A stretch of DNA of 26,357 nucleotides from Bacilli bacterium (GTDB taxonomy: Bacteria; Bacillota_I; Bacilli_A; RF39; UBA660): NCBI GenBank assembly GCA_045638205.1, contig JAZUAY010000171.1, forward strand, positions 1-26,357, read 5' to 3'. Position 1 is the first letter of the stretch; the number at the start of each line of letters is the position of its first letter. Positions 8,413 through 16,668 of the stretch are shown here, one piece after another. A program made the position numbers and the translations under genes. Under the pieces are notes generated by a model. The model was not told the DNA's origin, searched no databases, and saw only the letters and a program-made list of their open reading frames with translations.

Positions 8413-8583
8413 GTGAATATAGTTGAAAAAGTGCAGTTTTTAAAGAATTATAAGAAAAATTTAGAAACAACTGCAAAACTTGTTGAAAGATTTAAATTAA
8501 AGGGCGATTTAACTCGTAGTATTGATGATACTATAGGGTATTTAGAAAAAGAAAAAATAAAAATTAAATATAAAGTAAAGTGA
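8413..8583 (+). CDS. Small hypothetical protein, 56 aa (MNIVEKVQFLKNYKKNLETTAKLVERFKLKGDLTRSIDDTIGYLEKEKIKIKYKVK)
   Basis: GTG start with GGAGG RBS. It fills the cargo slot between J4 and J5 and is below the ORF-track cutoff. Confidence 0.6.
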   Translation: MNIVEKVQFLKNYKKNLETTAKLVERFKLKGDLTRSIDDTIGYLEKEKIKIKYKVK

Positions 8584-8587
8584 AATT

Positions 8588-8811
8588 AAGGAGTTGATTC
8601 AAATGAATGAAAATAAAACTAATATAAATTGCTTGATTACGATTTATTTAACCCCTTTAAGAACTTCTTTATTTACAAGGCTTTGTGAGAATTAGCATCT
8701 TGCATGTTTTATATAAAAATATGTTAAATAGATAAAAATTAGTAAAAGATGACTATTTTTAGTTAAAAATGTTGTAGGAATTAATGAGGTGATTACACCT
8801 TTTAACCCCTA
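8588..8811 (+). repeat. Junction J5: rbgA 5' remnant (MNENKTNINC) + S1 + type-B leader + S2
   Basis: ATG 8603, TGC 8630-8632. S1 TTGATTACGATTTATTTAACCCCT at 8633, S2 GTGATTACACCTTTTAACCCCT at 8789. Confidence 0.9.
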
Positions 8812-8832
8812 GATAAAAATGAGGTGAAGTGT

Positions 8833-9405
8833 ATGTCCAAAATATCTAAAAATATTAAAATGCTAGATATATTATCATCTGGGAAAATATATAGTTGTAA
8901 GAAACTAGCAGAAATGTTAGAAGTTAGTCCAAGAACAGTTAGACAATATAAAGATGAATTAGAAAAAGAAGGATTATATATTGAAAACATAATGGGTAAA
9001 AATGGTGGATATAGACTTTGCTCTAAAGTTGAAATACCTTCTATTTTGTTTAATAAAAATGATATAGATAAAATTAATTCAATAATAGATAAATTATCCG
9101 ATGATGATAAAAATAAATTAGAGAATATTAAAGAAAAAATTAATACTTACTGTAGATTAGTAAGTGATAGAGATAACATAAATATTGAAGATAAAAATAA
9201 AATAGATATAATACAAAATGCAATTAATAATAAGAAAAAAATTACTATAGAATACTATAGTAAAGGAATTAAAAAATCAAGAGATATATTGCCAATTCAA
9301 ATATATGTATATGAAAATATGATTATGGTAGTTGTTCATTATTCGGATGATCCAAGTGACATAAGACATTTAAATTTAAAAAGAATCGAAAAAATAATTA
9401 TATAG
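8833..9405 (+). CDS. HTH (wHTH) + WYL domain transcriptional regulator, short form
   Basis: N-terminal LAEMLEVSPRTVRQYKDELEKEG...GKNGGYRL (YafY/PafB-type HTH). C-terminal AINNKKKITIEYYS...RDILP...IRHLNLKRIEKI (WYL). RBS gaggtg before ATG 8833. Confidence 0.8.
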   Translation: MSKISKNIKMLDILSSGKIYSCKKLAEMLEVSPRTVRQYKDELEKEGLYIENIMGKNGGYRLCSKVEIPSILFNKNDIDKINSIIDKLSDDDKNKLENIKEKINTYCRLVSDRDNINIEDKNKIDIIQNAINNKKKITIEYYSKGIKKSRDILPIQIYVYENMIMVVVHYSDDPSDIRHLNLKRIEKIII

Positions 9406-9551
9406 CAAAAGTACTTCCTACATTAGTGTTTATAATGAGTATAGAACATCTGGTAAAAGTCAATAGGTAATCGGCAGTTTTTTTGGAATAGTTTACTGCC
9501 TTATCAACAAAATTATTGCACACTAAAACGATTTTAGTATAAACTAAAATT

Positions 9552-9583
9552 ATTGATTCGCTATTTATAAATAGCGAATCAAT
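9552..9583. terminator. Perfect 32-bp palindrome at the transposase stop
   Basis: ATTGATTCGCTATTTA|TAAATAGCGAATCAAT. Confidence 0.65.
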
Positions 9584-10859
9584 CGTTCTTTGAATTTTGA
9601 ACCGAGTCAATTGGTTTGTAATATTGATTTTTTCGCAGCAATCCAAAAATCAATCTTGCAAGTTTACGAGCAGATAAAACGAGTGCACGTTTATGTTGAT
9701 GTTTAGAAACTTCCTTAAATTTAAGATCATAATAATCTTTAATAAAAGGAAAGTTTTGTCTAACACAAGAAGCAGTAGCTTCAACTAAATAATATCGTAA
9801 ATATTTATTAGACTTTTTAGAAGATTTCTTATCCTGAGAATCGAATTCTCCAGACTGATTTCTTTTCCAATAAAGTCCAGAATATTTAGCAATTTTTGAG
9901 TTATGAGGAAATCTTTCAATATTACCAATTTCAGCCATAATACCAGCAGCATAGACTTTACCAATACCACGAATAGAAAGTAAGATATTATAGGTATTGG
10001 AATCAAGTCCTAAAGCAGTTGATAAAATAGCTTTATCAATATTCTTAAGTTGTTTTTGATAAAATTTAATAGTATTTAAAGAAGAAGCAATGGCAATATT
10101 GATTGGTTCATAAGCAGTTTGATCTAATCTGTAAGAAGCATGCATGGCTTTATTTAAAGTAGTAATCTTATCATCTACATTAGAAATATGATTTTTACTT
10201 TTTTCAGAAATAAAGTTAATTAAATCTTCTACAGATGAAGATGCAATAACATCTGGAGATACAAATTCTTCTAGAAAAGCGGAAGATGTAGCACCAAATA
10301 GGTCAGAAAAAGGTATATCATTTTTGTTACAAGAAACTAATCCAGAAAAAGATAAATATAAATTAGTTAAAATATAAGTCTTTTCTTTTATTAAGTTTTT
10401 ACAAATATGATATCTTTGTCTAGTAAGACGTTGAAGTGCAATGTATTGAGAACCTTTAAATGGATATAAAGCTTTAGTTCTGCCGACTCTTCCATAGTCA
10501 GCAAGAATATAAGCATCAATACCATCTTCTTTTTCTAAATCATGAAAACTTTTCTTATATTTATCAAAATCACAAGCATTGATTTGATAAACTTCAGTAT
10601 GAAAATTATTTAAATATTCATTAGAAGAAAGATAACAAGCAGGATGAAAAGAATACATGCCAGTAGATTCCATAACAATGATAATTTTATCAAAGAATAA
10701 TGTATCTTCAATATCTTTAATTTTATTAATAACCATATCGTTTCCTTCTGGATTATTGGGAAACTTAAGGTTAAAATAAATATGTTGATCAAAATTCATA
10801 ACGCAAAACTGATTACCTTTAAGACCTACATCAACACCAATGAACAAAGAGTTTTGCAT
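9579..10859 (-). CDS. IS110-family (DEDD) transposase/recombinase
   Basis: N-terminal FIGVDVG and VMESTGMY (RuvC-like DEDD), KEDGIDA..LA. C-terminal SIRGIGKVYAAGIMAEIGNIERF...YSGL...QSG...SNKYLRYYLVEA. ATG 10859 has RBS aggtgg. Confidence 0.95.
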   Translation of the reverse strand: MQNSLFIGVDVGLKGNQFCVMNFDQHIYFNLKFPNNPEGNDMVINKIKDIEDTLFFDKIIIVMESTGMYSFHPACYLSSNEYLNNFHTEVYQINACDFDKYKKSFHDLEKEDGIDAYILADYGRVGRTKALYPFKGSQYIALQRLTRQRYHICKNLIKEKTYILTNLYLSFSGLVSCNKNDIPFSDLFGATSSAFLEEFVSPDVIASSSVEDLINFISEKSKNHISNVDDKITTLNKAMHASYRLDQTAYEPINIAIASSLNTIKFYQKQLKNIDKAILSTALGLDSNTYNILLSIRGIGKVYAAGIMAEIGNIERFPHNSKIAKYSGLYWKRNQSGEFDSQDKKSSKKSNKYLRYYLVEATASCVRQNFPFIKDYYDLKFKEVSKHQHKRALVLSARKLARLIFGLLRKNQYYKPIDSVQNSKND

Positions 10860-11250
10860 AAGTATCACCACCTTTCGATAAAATATTTTGTGAAACATAA
10901 TAAACTACAGATACCCTTGCTTAAAAGTTTGACAACAACCTCGTTATAAGAATACATCTTTTGTTTAAGGATAATGTGCTGCGATTAAACTTAAAAAGAG
11001 AAACATCATCTGAGTTAGAAGGATGATAACTCATAAGTAGGGAAACATTCTAAACTAGTAAACATCATAAAGAGTTACAGGAGGGTTAAGAATAGATCCT
11101 AGTTATTATATTTCAATAAAATATAATAACACAAGGGTAAAAATAATCCATAGTTTTTACTATTTTTACTTATAAAAATAGAATAAATAAAAATAGTTAA
11201 TATAAGTGAAAAAATCACTTACAAAAACTATTATACGAGGAGGTATTTTT

Positions 11251-11601
11251 ATGTTAGATTTAGATCATATTGCAATTACCGTAAAAGATTTGAATGAATC
11301 TATTGTTTTTTATAAAAAACTGGGTTATGAATTATTAGAAAGATTTAGTGATGATGAATATAATTGGGCTACATTAAAGTTAAATAACCATTCATTAGAA
11401 TTATTTCAAATAACAAATGATAAGGAAAAACCAATTAATCATATTGCATATAGCTATGATAGTGATGAAGAAGTACTAGATTTAATTAAGCAATTAGGTT
11501 ATAAGAAAGAAAACATAGATATATTTTATGGTGATTTAAATAGAAAGAGTTTCTTTATTGAAGATAAAAATGGTAAATCAATTCAATTAATAAAGAAGTA
11601 G
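11251..11601 (+). CDS. VOC/glyoxalase family protein
   Basis: LDHIAITVKDLNESIVFYKKLG...LELFQ...INHIAY...FFIEDKNGKSIQL. RBS gaggagg before ATG 11251. Confidence 0.85.
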   Translation: MLDLDHIAITVKDLNESIVFYKKLGYELLERFSDDEYNWATLKLNNHSLELFQITNDKEKPINHIAYSYDSDEEVLDLIKQLGYKKENIDIFYGDLNRKSFFIEDKNGKSIQLIKK

Positions 11602-11713
11602 CCATATGGCCAGGTAATGTTATGATAAAAATTGATTACACTTAATTTAACCTATAATAAATGACATAAATTTAGACAGATTAGTACAAAATCTGCCTTT
11701 TTTATGCTATAAT
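11600..11713 (+). repeat. Cassette tail: X + S3 + extended -10 promoter
   Basis: The reverse complement of 11600-11614 is CCT GGC CAT ATG GCT (PGHMA, fully synonymous with rbgA). S3 TGATTACACTTAATTTAACC at 11633. GCCTTTTTTATGCTATAAT at 11695-11713. Confidence 0.9.
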
Positions 11714-11729
11714 TTTATTAATTTTATAA

Positions 11730-11895
11730 AAGGAGTTGAGTGGGATGAACGAAAATAAAACAAATATCAATTGGTTGGCTTGTATTTATGACGCACATCA
11801 CTTAAACCCATATAAAATGGGAACTTTTAAGAAATGAGATCTTGCAAGTTTTAATAAAAAAAGTAGTAAAAAATGAAAAAATAGATTAAAAATTA
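11730..11895 (+). repeat. Junction J6: rbgA 5' remnant (MNENKTNINW) + S1 + leader truncated before S2
   Basis: ATG 11745, TGG 11772-11774, CCCATATAAAATGGG box, GATCTTGCAAG box. The leader then runs into a BRO fragment. Confidence 0.85.
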
Positions 11896-11901
11896 CTCAT
11901 T

Positions 11902-12171
11902 GAAATAAGAAGTATTTGGAATTCTGAAAAAGAAGAATATTATTTTAGTGTAGTTGATGTTATTGCTGCATTAACTGATAATGATTATGATAAATCTAGA
12001 AATTATTGGAAATGGTTAAAAACTAGACTAAAAGATGAAGGCAGTGAATTGGTTAGTGATACTAACCAGTTGAAAATGAAAGCTAAAGATGGAAAAATGA
12101 GAGAGACAGATACTCTTGATACAGAAGGAATATTTAGATTAATAGAATCTGTTCCATCCAGTAAAGCGGAA
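11902..12171 (+). pseudogene. BRO-N domain fragment lacking a start
   Basis: EIRSIWNSEKEEYYFSVVDVIAALTD...RNYWKWLKTRLKDEGSE...LKMKAKDGKMRETD...RLIESVPSSKAE. Homologous to the N-half of 19507-20205. Confidence 0.85.
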
Positions 12172-12473
12172 GTGTTTTGTATAAAATGACATTGAATAAA
12201 AATATACAAGATATACTTTATTTTAAAGGAATTGTTGATTTTTATAAAGATTATGTAAAACTAGATATTACTGATAAAAAAGATAATCAAAACAATTGGA
12301 ATGTTATAGTATCAGTTTTAAGATAATCAAAGTGTCGTGTTCTTGTAATCATATAATTCGATAAATAAGTATGATTGTAAAAGTAAAAATATTAATTTTG
12401 ATTAGTTGCAACGTAAGGTATGTTTAATTACATATCTTTTTTTGTTGTGTAAAAAAGAAAGGAGAAATGATAT

Positions 12474-12821
12474 ATGGAATTAAATTATGCAATATTTAGA
12501 AGTGAACCTATTATGACTATACCTGATTTAGCACAAATAGGATCACATAATAAAAGGGAAAAGAAAGTGTATCAATCAAATAAAGATATTAAAATAGAAT
12601 TAAGTAAAAACAACATAGAACTTGTTCCTTTAAATGTTAAATATGTAAAAGGTTTTGATGAACTAACTAAAGAATATAAAAAAGAACACGAAGAAAGAAT
12701 GAAAACTGAACGAGCTGATAGAAAGAAAAGATACCATGAAATGTTAAATAGTTCTAAAAATGTTGTTGCTGATGAATTAGTTATGACTGCTTCACATAAT
12801 TTCTTGCTAGGTGAAATTTGA
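12474..12821 (+). pseudogene. Truncated MobV/Pre (Mob_Pre) relaxase N-terminus
   Basis: YAIFR...SHNKR...SNKDIKIELSKNNIELV...VVADELVMTAS resembles MOBV motifs I and II. It ends before the HxDExxPHxH motif. Confidence 0.65.
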
Positions 12822-12846
12822 CATTCATGCCTTTTTATGCTAGAAT
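12818..12846 (+). promoter_or_regulatory. Sigma70-type promoter related to the cassette-tail promoter
   Basis: TTGACA-17 bp-TAGAAT with a TG extension. The spacer GCCTTTTTATGC resembles the tail promoter. Confidence 0.6.
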
Positions 12847-12909
12847 ATAAGCCAATTTCAGCGAGAAGTATGTATTACTTAAATTATTATTTTCAATAAA
12901 TTATGGGGG

Positions 12910-13650
12910 TTGATTATAATGAAAAAGAATAAAAATATTGAAATGCGTATATATGAATTATTAGGGGTTAAAGTTTTTAGAAAAATGGCATTTGGTTTGC
13001 GTGATATATTAGCATTTCCATTAACTATTAGAATGAGTAAAGAAGAGAGACATAACTTTCTATATAATAGAGAAGGTAATTATAATTTAGGAAAAGTAAA
13101 AAGTTTAGAGGACGTTAAAAAATTTAAAAAACAATTGTTTATAAATTCAGGTATTCATGTATGGGCATTATCAGTTTGCCTTCCTAACTTTTTAAAAGTA
13201 ATTGGTGGTACTGCATCTTTATCTACAGCTATAATAACTTTAACTTGTATAGGTATAAATCTATACTGTATTATGCTACAAAGATATAATGGTATTAGAA
13301 TTACTCAACTTATTGAAAAAATGACTCCAAGATATGAAAGACAAAAAGATGCAATTAAAGAAGAACTAAGAAAAGAAGATTCATTACTTTTAGAACATAC
13401 ATATAAAATTGTAGATAAAAAAGAAAGAGAAACTAGTATAACTTTTGATGATTTAATTGCTAATGCTAATATTGAGCAACTTAAACAATATCGTGAGTAT
13501 TTAGCACATTTTCAAAATATTAATCAATTAATACAAGAAAATGATATCTCTGCTGAACATCAAGTAGTTGTAAGTATGCCAATGGAAAAACATAAAACAC
13601 TTAAATTGGAATTAAAACCTAATAAACATAACAACGGTGCTATTAATTAG
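12910..13650 (+). CDS. Membrane protein, possibly CrtO-like (glycosyl-4,4'-diaponeurosporenoate acyltransferase family)
   Basis: YELLGVKVFRKM...IHVWAL, a hydrophobic segment, then INLYCIMLQRYNGIRI. Motif recall only; the start codon is uncertain. Confidence 0.45.
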   Translation: MIIMKKNKNIEMRIYELLGVKVFRKMAFGLRDILAFPLTIRMSKEERHNFLYNREGNYNLGKVKSLEDVKKFKKQLFINSGIHVWALSVCLPNFLKVIGGTASLSTAIITLTCIGINLYCIMLQRYNGIRITQLIEKMTPRYERQKDAIKEELRKEDSLLLEHTYKIVDKKERETSITFDDLIANANIEQLKQYREYLAHFQNINQLIQENDISAEHQVVVSMPMEKHKTLKLELKPNKHNNGAIN

Positions 13651-13726
13651 CACTTTTGTTTTATAAAAAACTTATTTGATGACAAATAAGTAACACACTA
13701 CCAAGTCGGCATTTTGCCAACTAGGA

Positions 13727-14287
13727 TTGTGTGCCAAAGGAGAGCCTTTTAAGATGTGGTTAGCATCATTAGGTAAAGAAAGAATTGATGAGGTATTTGA
13801 TCCTGAAATAGCAGTTAATAGGGCTGTAGAATATTATCGCAAAAGAGGTTATGATGATAAATGGATTAAATCAAGATTAACTGGGATAGTTGATAGATTT
13901 AAATTAACTGATGTATGGAAAGAATCTGGAATTACAAAAGATTATGAATATGGAATTTTAACTAATGAAATATATAAATCATGGTCAGGAATGAAGGCAA
14001 GTGAATATAAAGCATACAAAGGTCTTAGAAAAGAATCATTAAGAGATAATATGACAGATATTGAAGTTGCATTAACGGATTTGGGTGAAATAGCAACAAG
14101 AGAACTAGCAAAAGAACATAAACCATATGGATTAGAACAAAATAAAAGAATAGCACGACGAGGTGGTAATATAGCAAAAATAACTAGAGATAATTTAGAA
14201 AAAGAATTAGGTAGAACTGTAATCAGTAATAAGAATTCATTAAATTATGAATATATAGATGAAAAATTATTAGAAGAAAAGAATTAG
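13727..14287 (+). pseudogene. BRO-family gene, C-terminal half
   Basis: KGEPFKMWLASLGKERIDEVFDPEIAV...KESLRDNMTDIEVALTDLGEIATRELAK. Homologous to the C-half of 19507-20357. The N-half is absent here. Confidence 0.85.
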
Positions 14288-14289
14288 AT

Positions 14290-14344
14290 AAATAACATAA
14301 ATTTAGACAGATTAGTACAAAATCTGCCTTTTTTATGCTATAAT
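14290..14344 (+). repeat. Partial cassette tail (promoter part only; no X or S3)
   Basis: AAATAACATAAATTTAGACAGATTAGTACAAAATCTGCCTTTTTTATGCTATAAT matches the tails at 7670-7723 and 11660-11713. Confidence 0.85.
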
Positions 14345-14359
14345 TTTAATGATTTTAAA

Positions 14360-14582
14360 AAGGAGTTGATCCAAATGAACGAAGAAAAAGGGTTAAATAA
14401 AACCGTAATCAACTGGTTGGTATTGATTTAGTCAAAGTATTTGAGAAGCTCCTATAAAATAAGGATTAAACAAGTATAAGCTTGTTACATAATATAATAA
14501 AAATATATAAAATAATGATAAAAATAGCTAAAAAAGTATCAAAAATAACATACTATTTGATACTTGGTATTGACGGTTAAAC
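14360..14582 (+). repeat. Junction J7: rbgA 5' remnant (MNEEKGLNKTVINW) + S1 + type-A leader + S2
   Basis: ATG 14375, TGG 14414-14416. S1 TTGGTATTGATTTAGTCAAAG at 14417, S2 TTGGTATTGACGGTTAAAC at 14564. Confidence 0.9.
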
Positions 14583-14605
14583 TTTTAAAAAACGAGGTGA
14601 TTTAT

Positions 14606-15184
14606 ATGAGTAAGATAGCAATTGATATTGATAATACAATTTGTAATACAAGTGATTTCTTTGGACCAATCGCAGAGAACTATGATAGAAATGTATTGCA
14701 TAAAAATAATGATATTAATTATGATAAAACAGTTCCTAGAAGTGATAATTGGACAAAAGAAGAACTTGCTTATTTTGTAGAAAACTATTTTAATAAAGAA
14801 GCTATAAATATTCCTATTAAAAAAGATGCTGTTATTTACATTAACAAACTTAAAGAATTAGGATTTGAAATAGTATTCATTACAAATAGAGGAATTAAAG
14901 AAGATGATCATTCTGATTTAATAGTTCCTGAATATTTAGAAAAAAATAATATTCCTTATGATAGTATAATTACTAAATCAAATGATAAATATATGTATTT
15001 AGAGGACTGTGCTTATTTTATAGATGATGCAATTCGTAATTGCGAACAAGCATTAGAAAAATCAAATGTTAAAGTAATCATGATGAGAACAAATAAAACA
15101 AAGAATTATGTTAATGAAGATATTTTAATAGTTAATAGCTGGGAAGAAATATATAACTATATAAAGCAATATAAAAGGAGGTAA
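14606..15184 (+). CDS. HAD-superfamily hydrolase (5'-nucleotidase-like)
   Basis: IAIDIDNTI (DxDxT), FITNRG, FIDDA. RBS gaggtg before ATG 14606. Confidence 0.8.
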   Translation: MSKIAIDIDNTICNTSDFFGPIAENYDRNVLHKNNDINYDKTVPRSDNWTKEELAYFVENYFNKEAINIPIKKDAVIYINKLKELGFEIVFITNRGIKEDDHSDLIVPEYLEKNNIPYDSIITKSNDKYMYLEDCAYFIDDAIRNCEQALEKSNVKVIMMRTNKTKNYVNEDILIVNSWEEIYNYIKQYKRR

Positions 15185-15245
15185 TAATCATGAACGATAA
15201 TAAAACTAGTATAAACTGGTTGATTATGACAGTTAAGAACATTGT
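15177..15245 (+). repeat. Junction J8: rbgA 5' remnant (MNDNKTSINW) with collapsed leader (S1/S2 hybrid)
   Basis: ATG 15190, TGG 15217-15219, then TTGATTATGACAGTTAAGAACATT running straight into the cargo RBS. Confidence 0.85.
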
Positions 15246-15263
15246 AAAAATGAGGTGGTCATA

Positions 15264-15806
15264 ATGGAAAATCTTGGTTTAGAAAGAGGATATTTAGAAT
15301 TACATGATTATAGAAAAGATTATCCTTCGATTTATGAAAAGGCAAAAGAAGAATTGTTAGATATTTATAAAGATAGAATTAAATATATTGACCATGTTGG
15401 GAGTACTAGTATAAAAGGAATTAAATCTAAACCTATTATTGATATCAATATTCAAACAGATGATTTAGATGATTTTAAAGAGTATACTGAATCTACTGTT
15501 GAGGGTGACATTTATACTGTAAAAAAAGAACCAACTTTAGGTGGAGATTATTTAATTAGAAAAGAAGAAGATGGAAAAGTAAAAGCATTTATACATGTCT
15601 ATAAAACTGGTGATATGAATGGCATAACTTCGATTATGTTTAGGGATTATATGAATTCACATGAAGATGAAGCGAAAAGATATGAAGCTTTAAAAATGGA
15701 ATTATATGATAAGTATAAGGATAACAGAAAAGAATATACACATGGAAAAGATAAGTATATTAAAGAAATAATAGCATTAGCCATGAAAGAAAAAAATAAA
15801 ATTTAG
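15264..15806 (+). CDS. GrpB-family nucleotidyltransferase-fold protein
   Basis: IDHVGSTSIKGIKSKPIIDINI...FRDYMNSH...YEALKMEL...YTHGKDKYI. Confidence 0.85.
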   Translation: MENLGLERGYLELHDYRKDYPSIYEKAKEELLDIYKDRIKYIDHVGSTSIKGIKSKPIIDINIQTDDLDDFKEYTESTVEGDIYTVKKEPTLGGDYLIRKEEDGKVKAFIHVYKTGDMNGITSIMFRDYMNSHEDEAKRYEALKMELYDKYKDNRKEYTHGKDKYIKEIIALAMKEKNKI

Positions 15807-15834
15807 GACATTGTAATTCTTTACTACTATATTT

Positions 15835-15948
15835 AGCCATATGACCATGCAACTAATTTAAAAAATTTGATTACATAATATTTAAGAACATATAATTGTT
15901 ATAAAATTAGACAGATTAGTACAAAAACTGCCTTTTTTATGCTATAAT
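15835..15948 (+). repeat. Cassette tail: X + S3 + extended -10 promoter
   Basis: GCCATATGACCATG at 15836. S3 TGATTACATAATATTTAAGAACA at 15868. GCCTTTTTTATGCTATAAT at 15930-15948. Confidence 0.9.
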
Positions 15949-15964
15949 TTTAATGATTTTAAAA

Positions 15965-16187
15965 AAGAGTTGATCCAAATGAATGAAAATAAAACAAATA
16001 TAAATTGGTTGATAACAATTTAGTCAAGACTACTCCTAAATCCTTATAAAATAAGGGGAAACTGAAAAATAGGTCTTGCATGTTTATGTCAAAATATATT
16101 AAAAATTGATGAAAATAAGTTAAAAAAGAGTAATTTTAAGTAAAAATTGCCTAGGAATTAATATAGTGAGAACTGATAGTCAAGACC
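15965..16187 (+). repeat. Junction J9: rbgA 5' remnant (MNENKTNINW) + S1 + type-B leader + S2
   Basis: ATG 15979, TGG 16006-16008. S1 TTGATAACAATTTAGTCAAGAC at 16009, S2 GTGAGAACTGATAGTCAAGAC at 16166. Confidence 0.9.
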
Positions 16188-16209
16188 AGCAAAAAAAGAG
16201 GTGATTATT

Positions 16210-16668
16210 TTGAAACGTAGTGCAGGTATTTTAGTTTATAAAATTGAGAAAAATGATATAAAAGTCTTACTTTGTCATTTTGGTGGACCATATTGGGAAA
16301 ATACTGATATTGGTGGATGGACTCTTTCAAAAGGTGAGGTTAGTAAAGGCGAAAAAGTATTAGAAACTGCGAAGAGAGAATTTATAGAGGAAACAAATTT
16401 AAATTTAACTGCTCCGATTGATTATCTTGGAACAAAGAAAATTAGTAGAAAAAAGTTAGCAATAATGTTTTATACTAATTCTGATTTTGAACTTTCTAAT
16501 TGTAAAAGTAATACTTTTGAACTTGAATTTCCAAAAGGTTCTGGTAATATAAAGTCATTTCCTGAAATGGATAAATATGAATGGATGAATCTTAATGATG
16601 CTAAGAAAAAAATAATAAAAAATCAGTTGTATTTTTTAAATAAATTAGAAGAAAAAATAGCCAGGTAA
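16210..16668 (+). CDS. NUDIX hydrolase
   Basis: SAGILVYK...HFGGPYW...GGWTLSKGEVSKGEKVLETAKREFIEETN. TTG start at 16210 after RBS agaggtg. Confidence 0.85.
   Translation: MKRSAGILVYKIEKNDIKVLLCHFGGPYWENTDIGGWTLSKGEVSKGEKVLETAKREFIEETNLNLTAPIDYLGTKKISRKKLAIMFYTNSDFELSNCKSNTFELEFPKGSGNIKSFPEMDKYEWMNLNDAKKKIIKNQLYFLNKLEEKIAR

Larger units (their letters stand above)
9406..11153 (-). mobile_element. IS110-family insertion sequence (ends inferred)
   Basis: Contains an IS110 transposase. ATAG occurs at both proposed boundaries (9402-9405 and 11150-11153). There are no terminal inverted repeats and the non-coding ends are long. The boundaries are an inference. Confidence 0.6.

Noticed and set aside
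10860-11150. IS110 bridge RNA as the guide that targets cassettes to rbgA
   Set aside because: By-eye scanning found no match to the rbgA site (CCAGG/CATATG/AATTGG) or to the S repeats in the IS non-coding ends. The IS appears to be a later insertion at a cargo-gene stop codon.
12186-12332. 46-codon ORF MTLNKNIQDILYFKGIVDFY...
   Set aside because: It has no clear RBS and no recognisable motif, and is probably the 3' stump of a gene cut by the rearrangement.
12415-12445. Imperfect inverted repeat AGGTATGT-TTAATT-ACATATCT upstream of the MobV stump as an oriT
   Set aside because: It does not clearly match the MOBV nic-site consensus I can recall. It is too weak to call.
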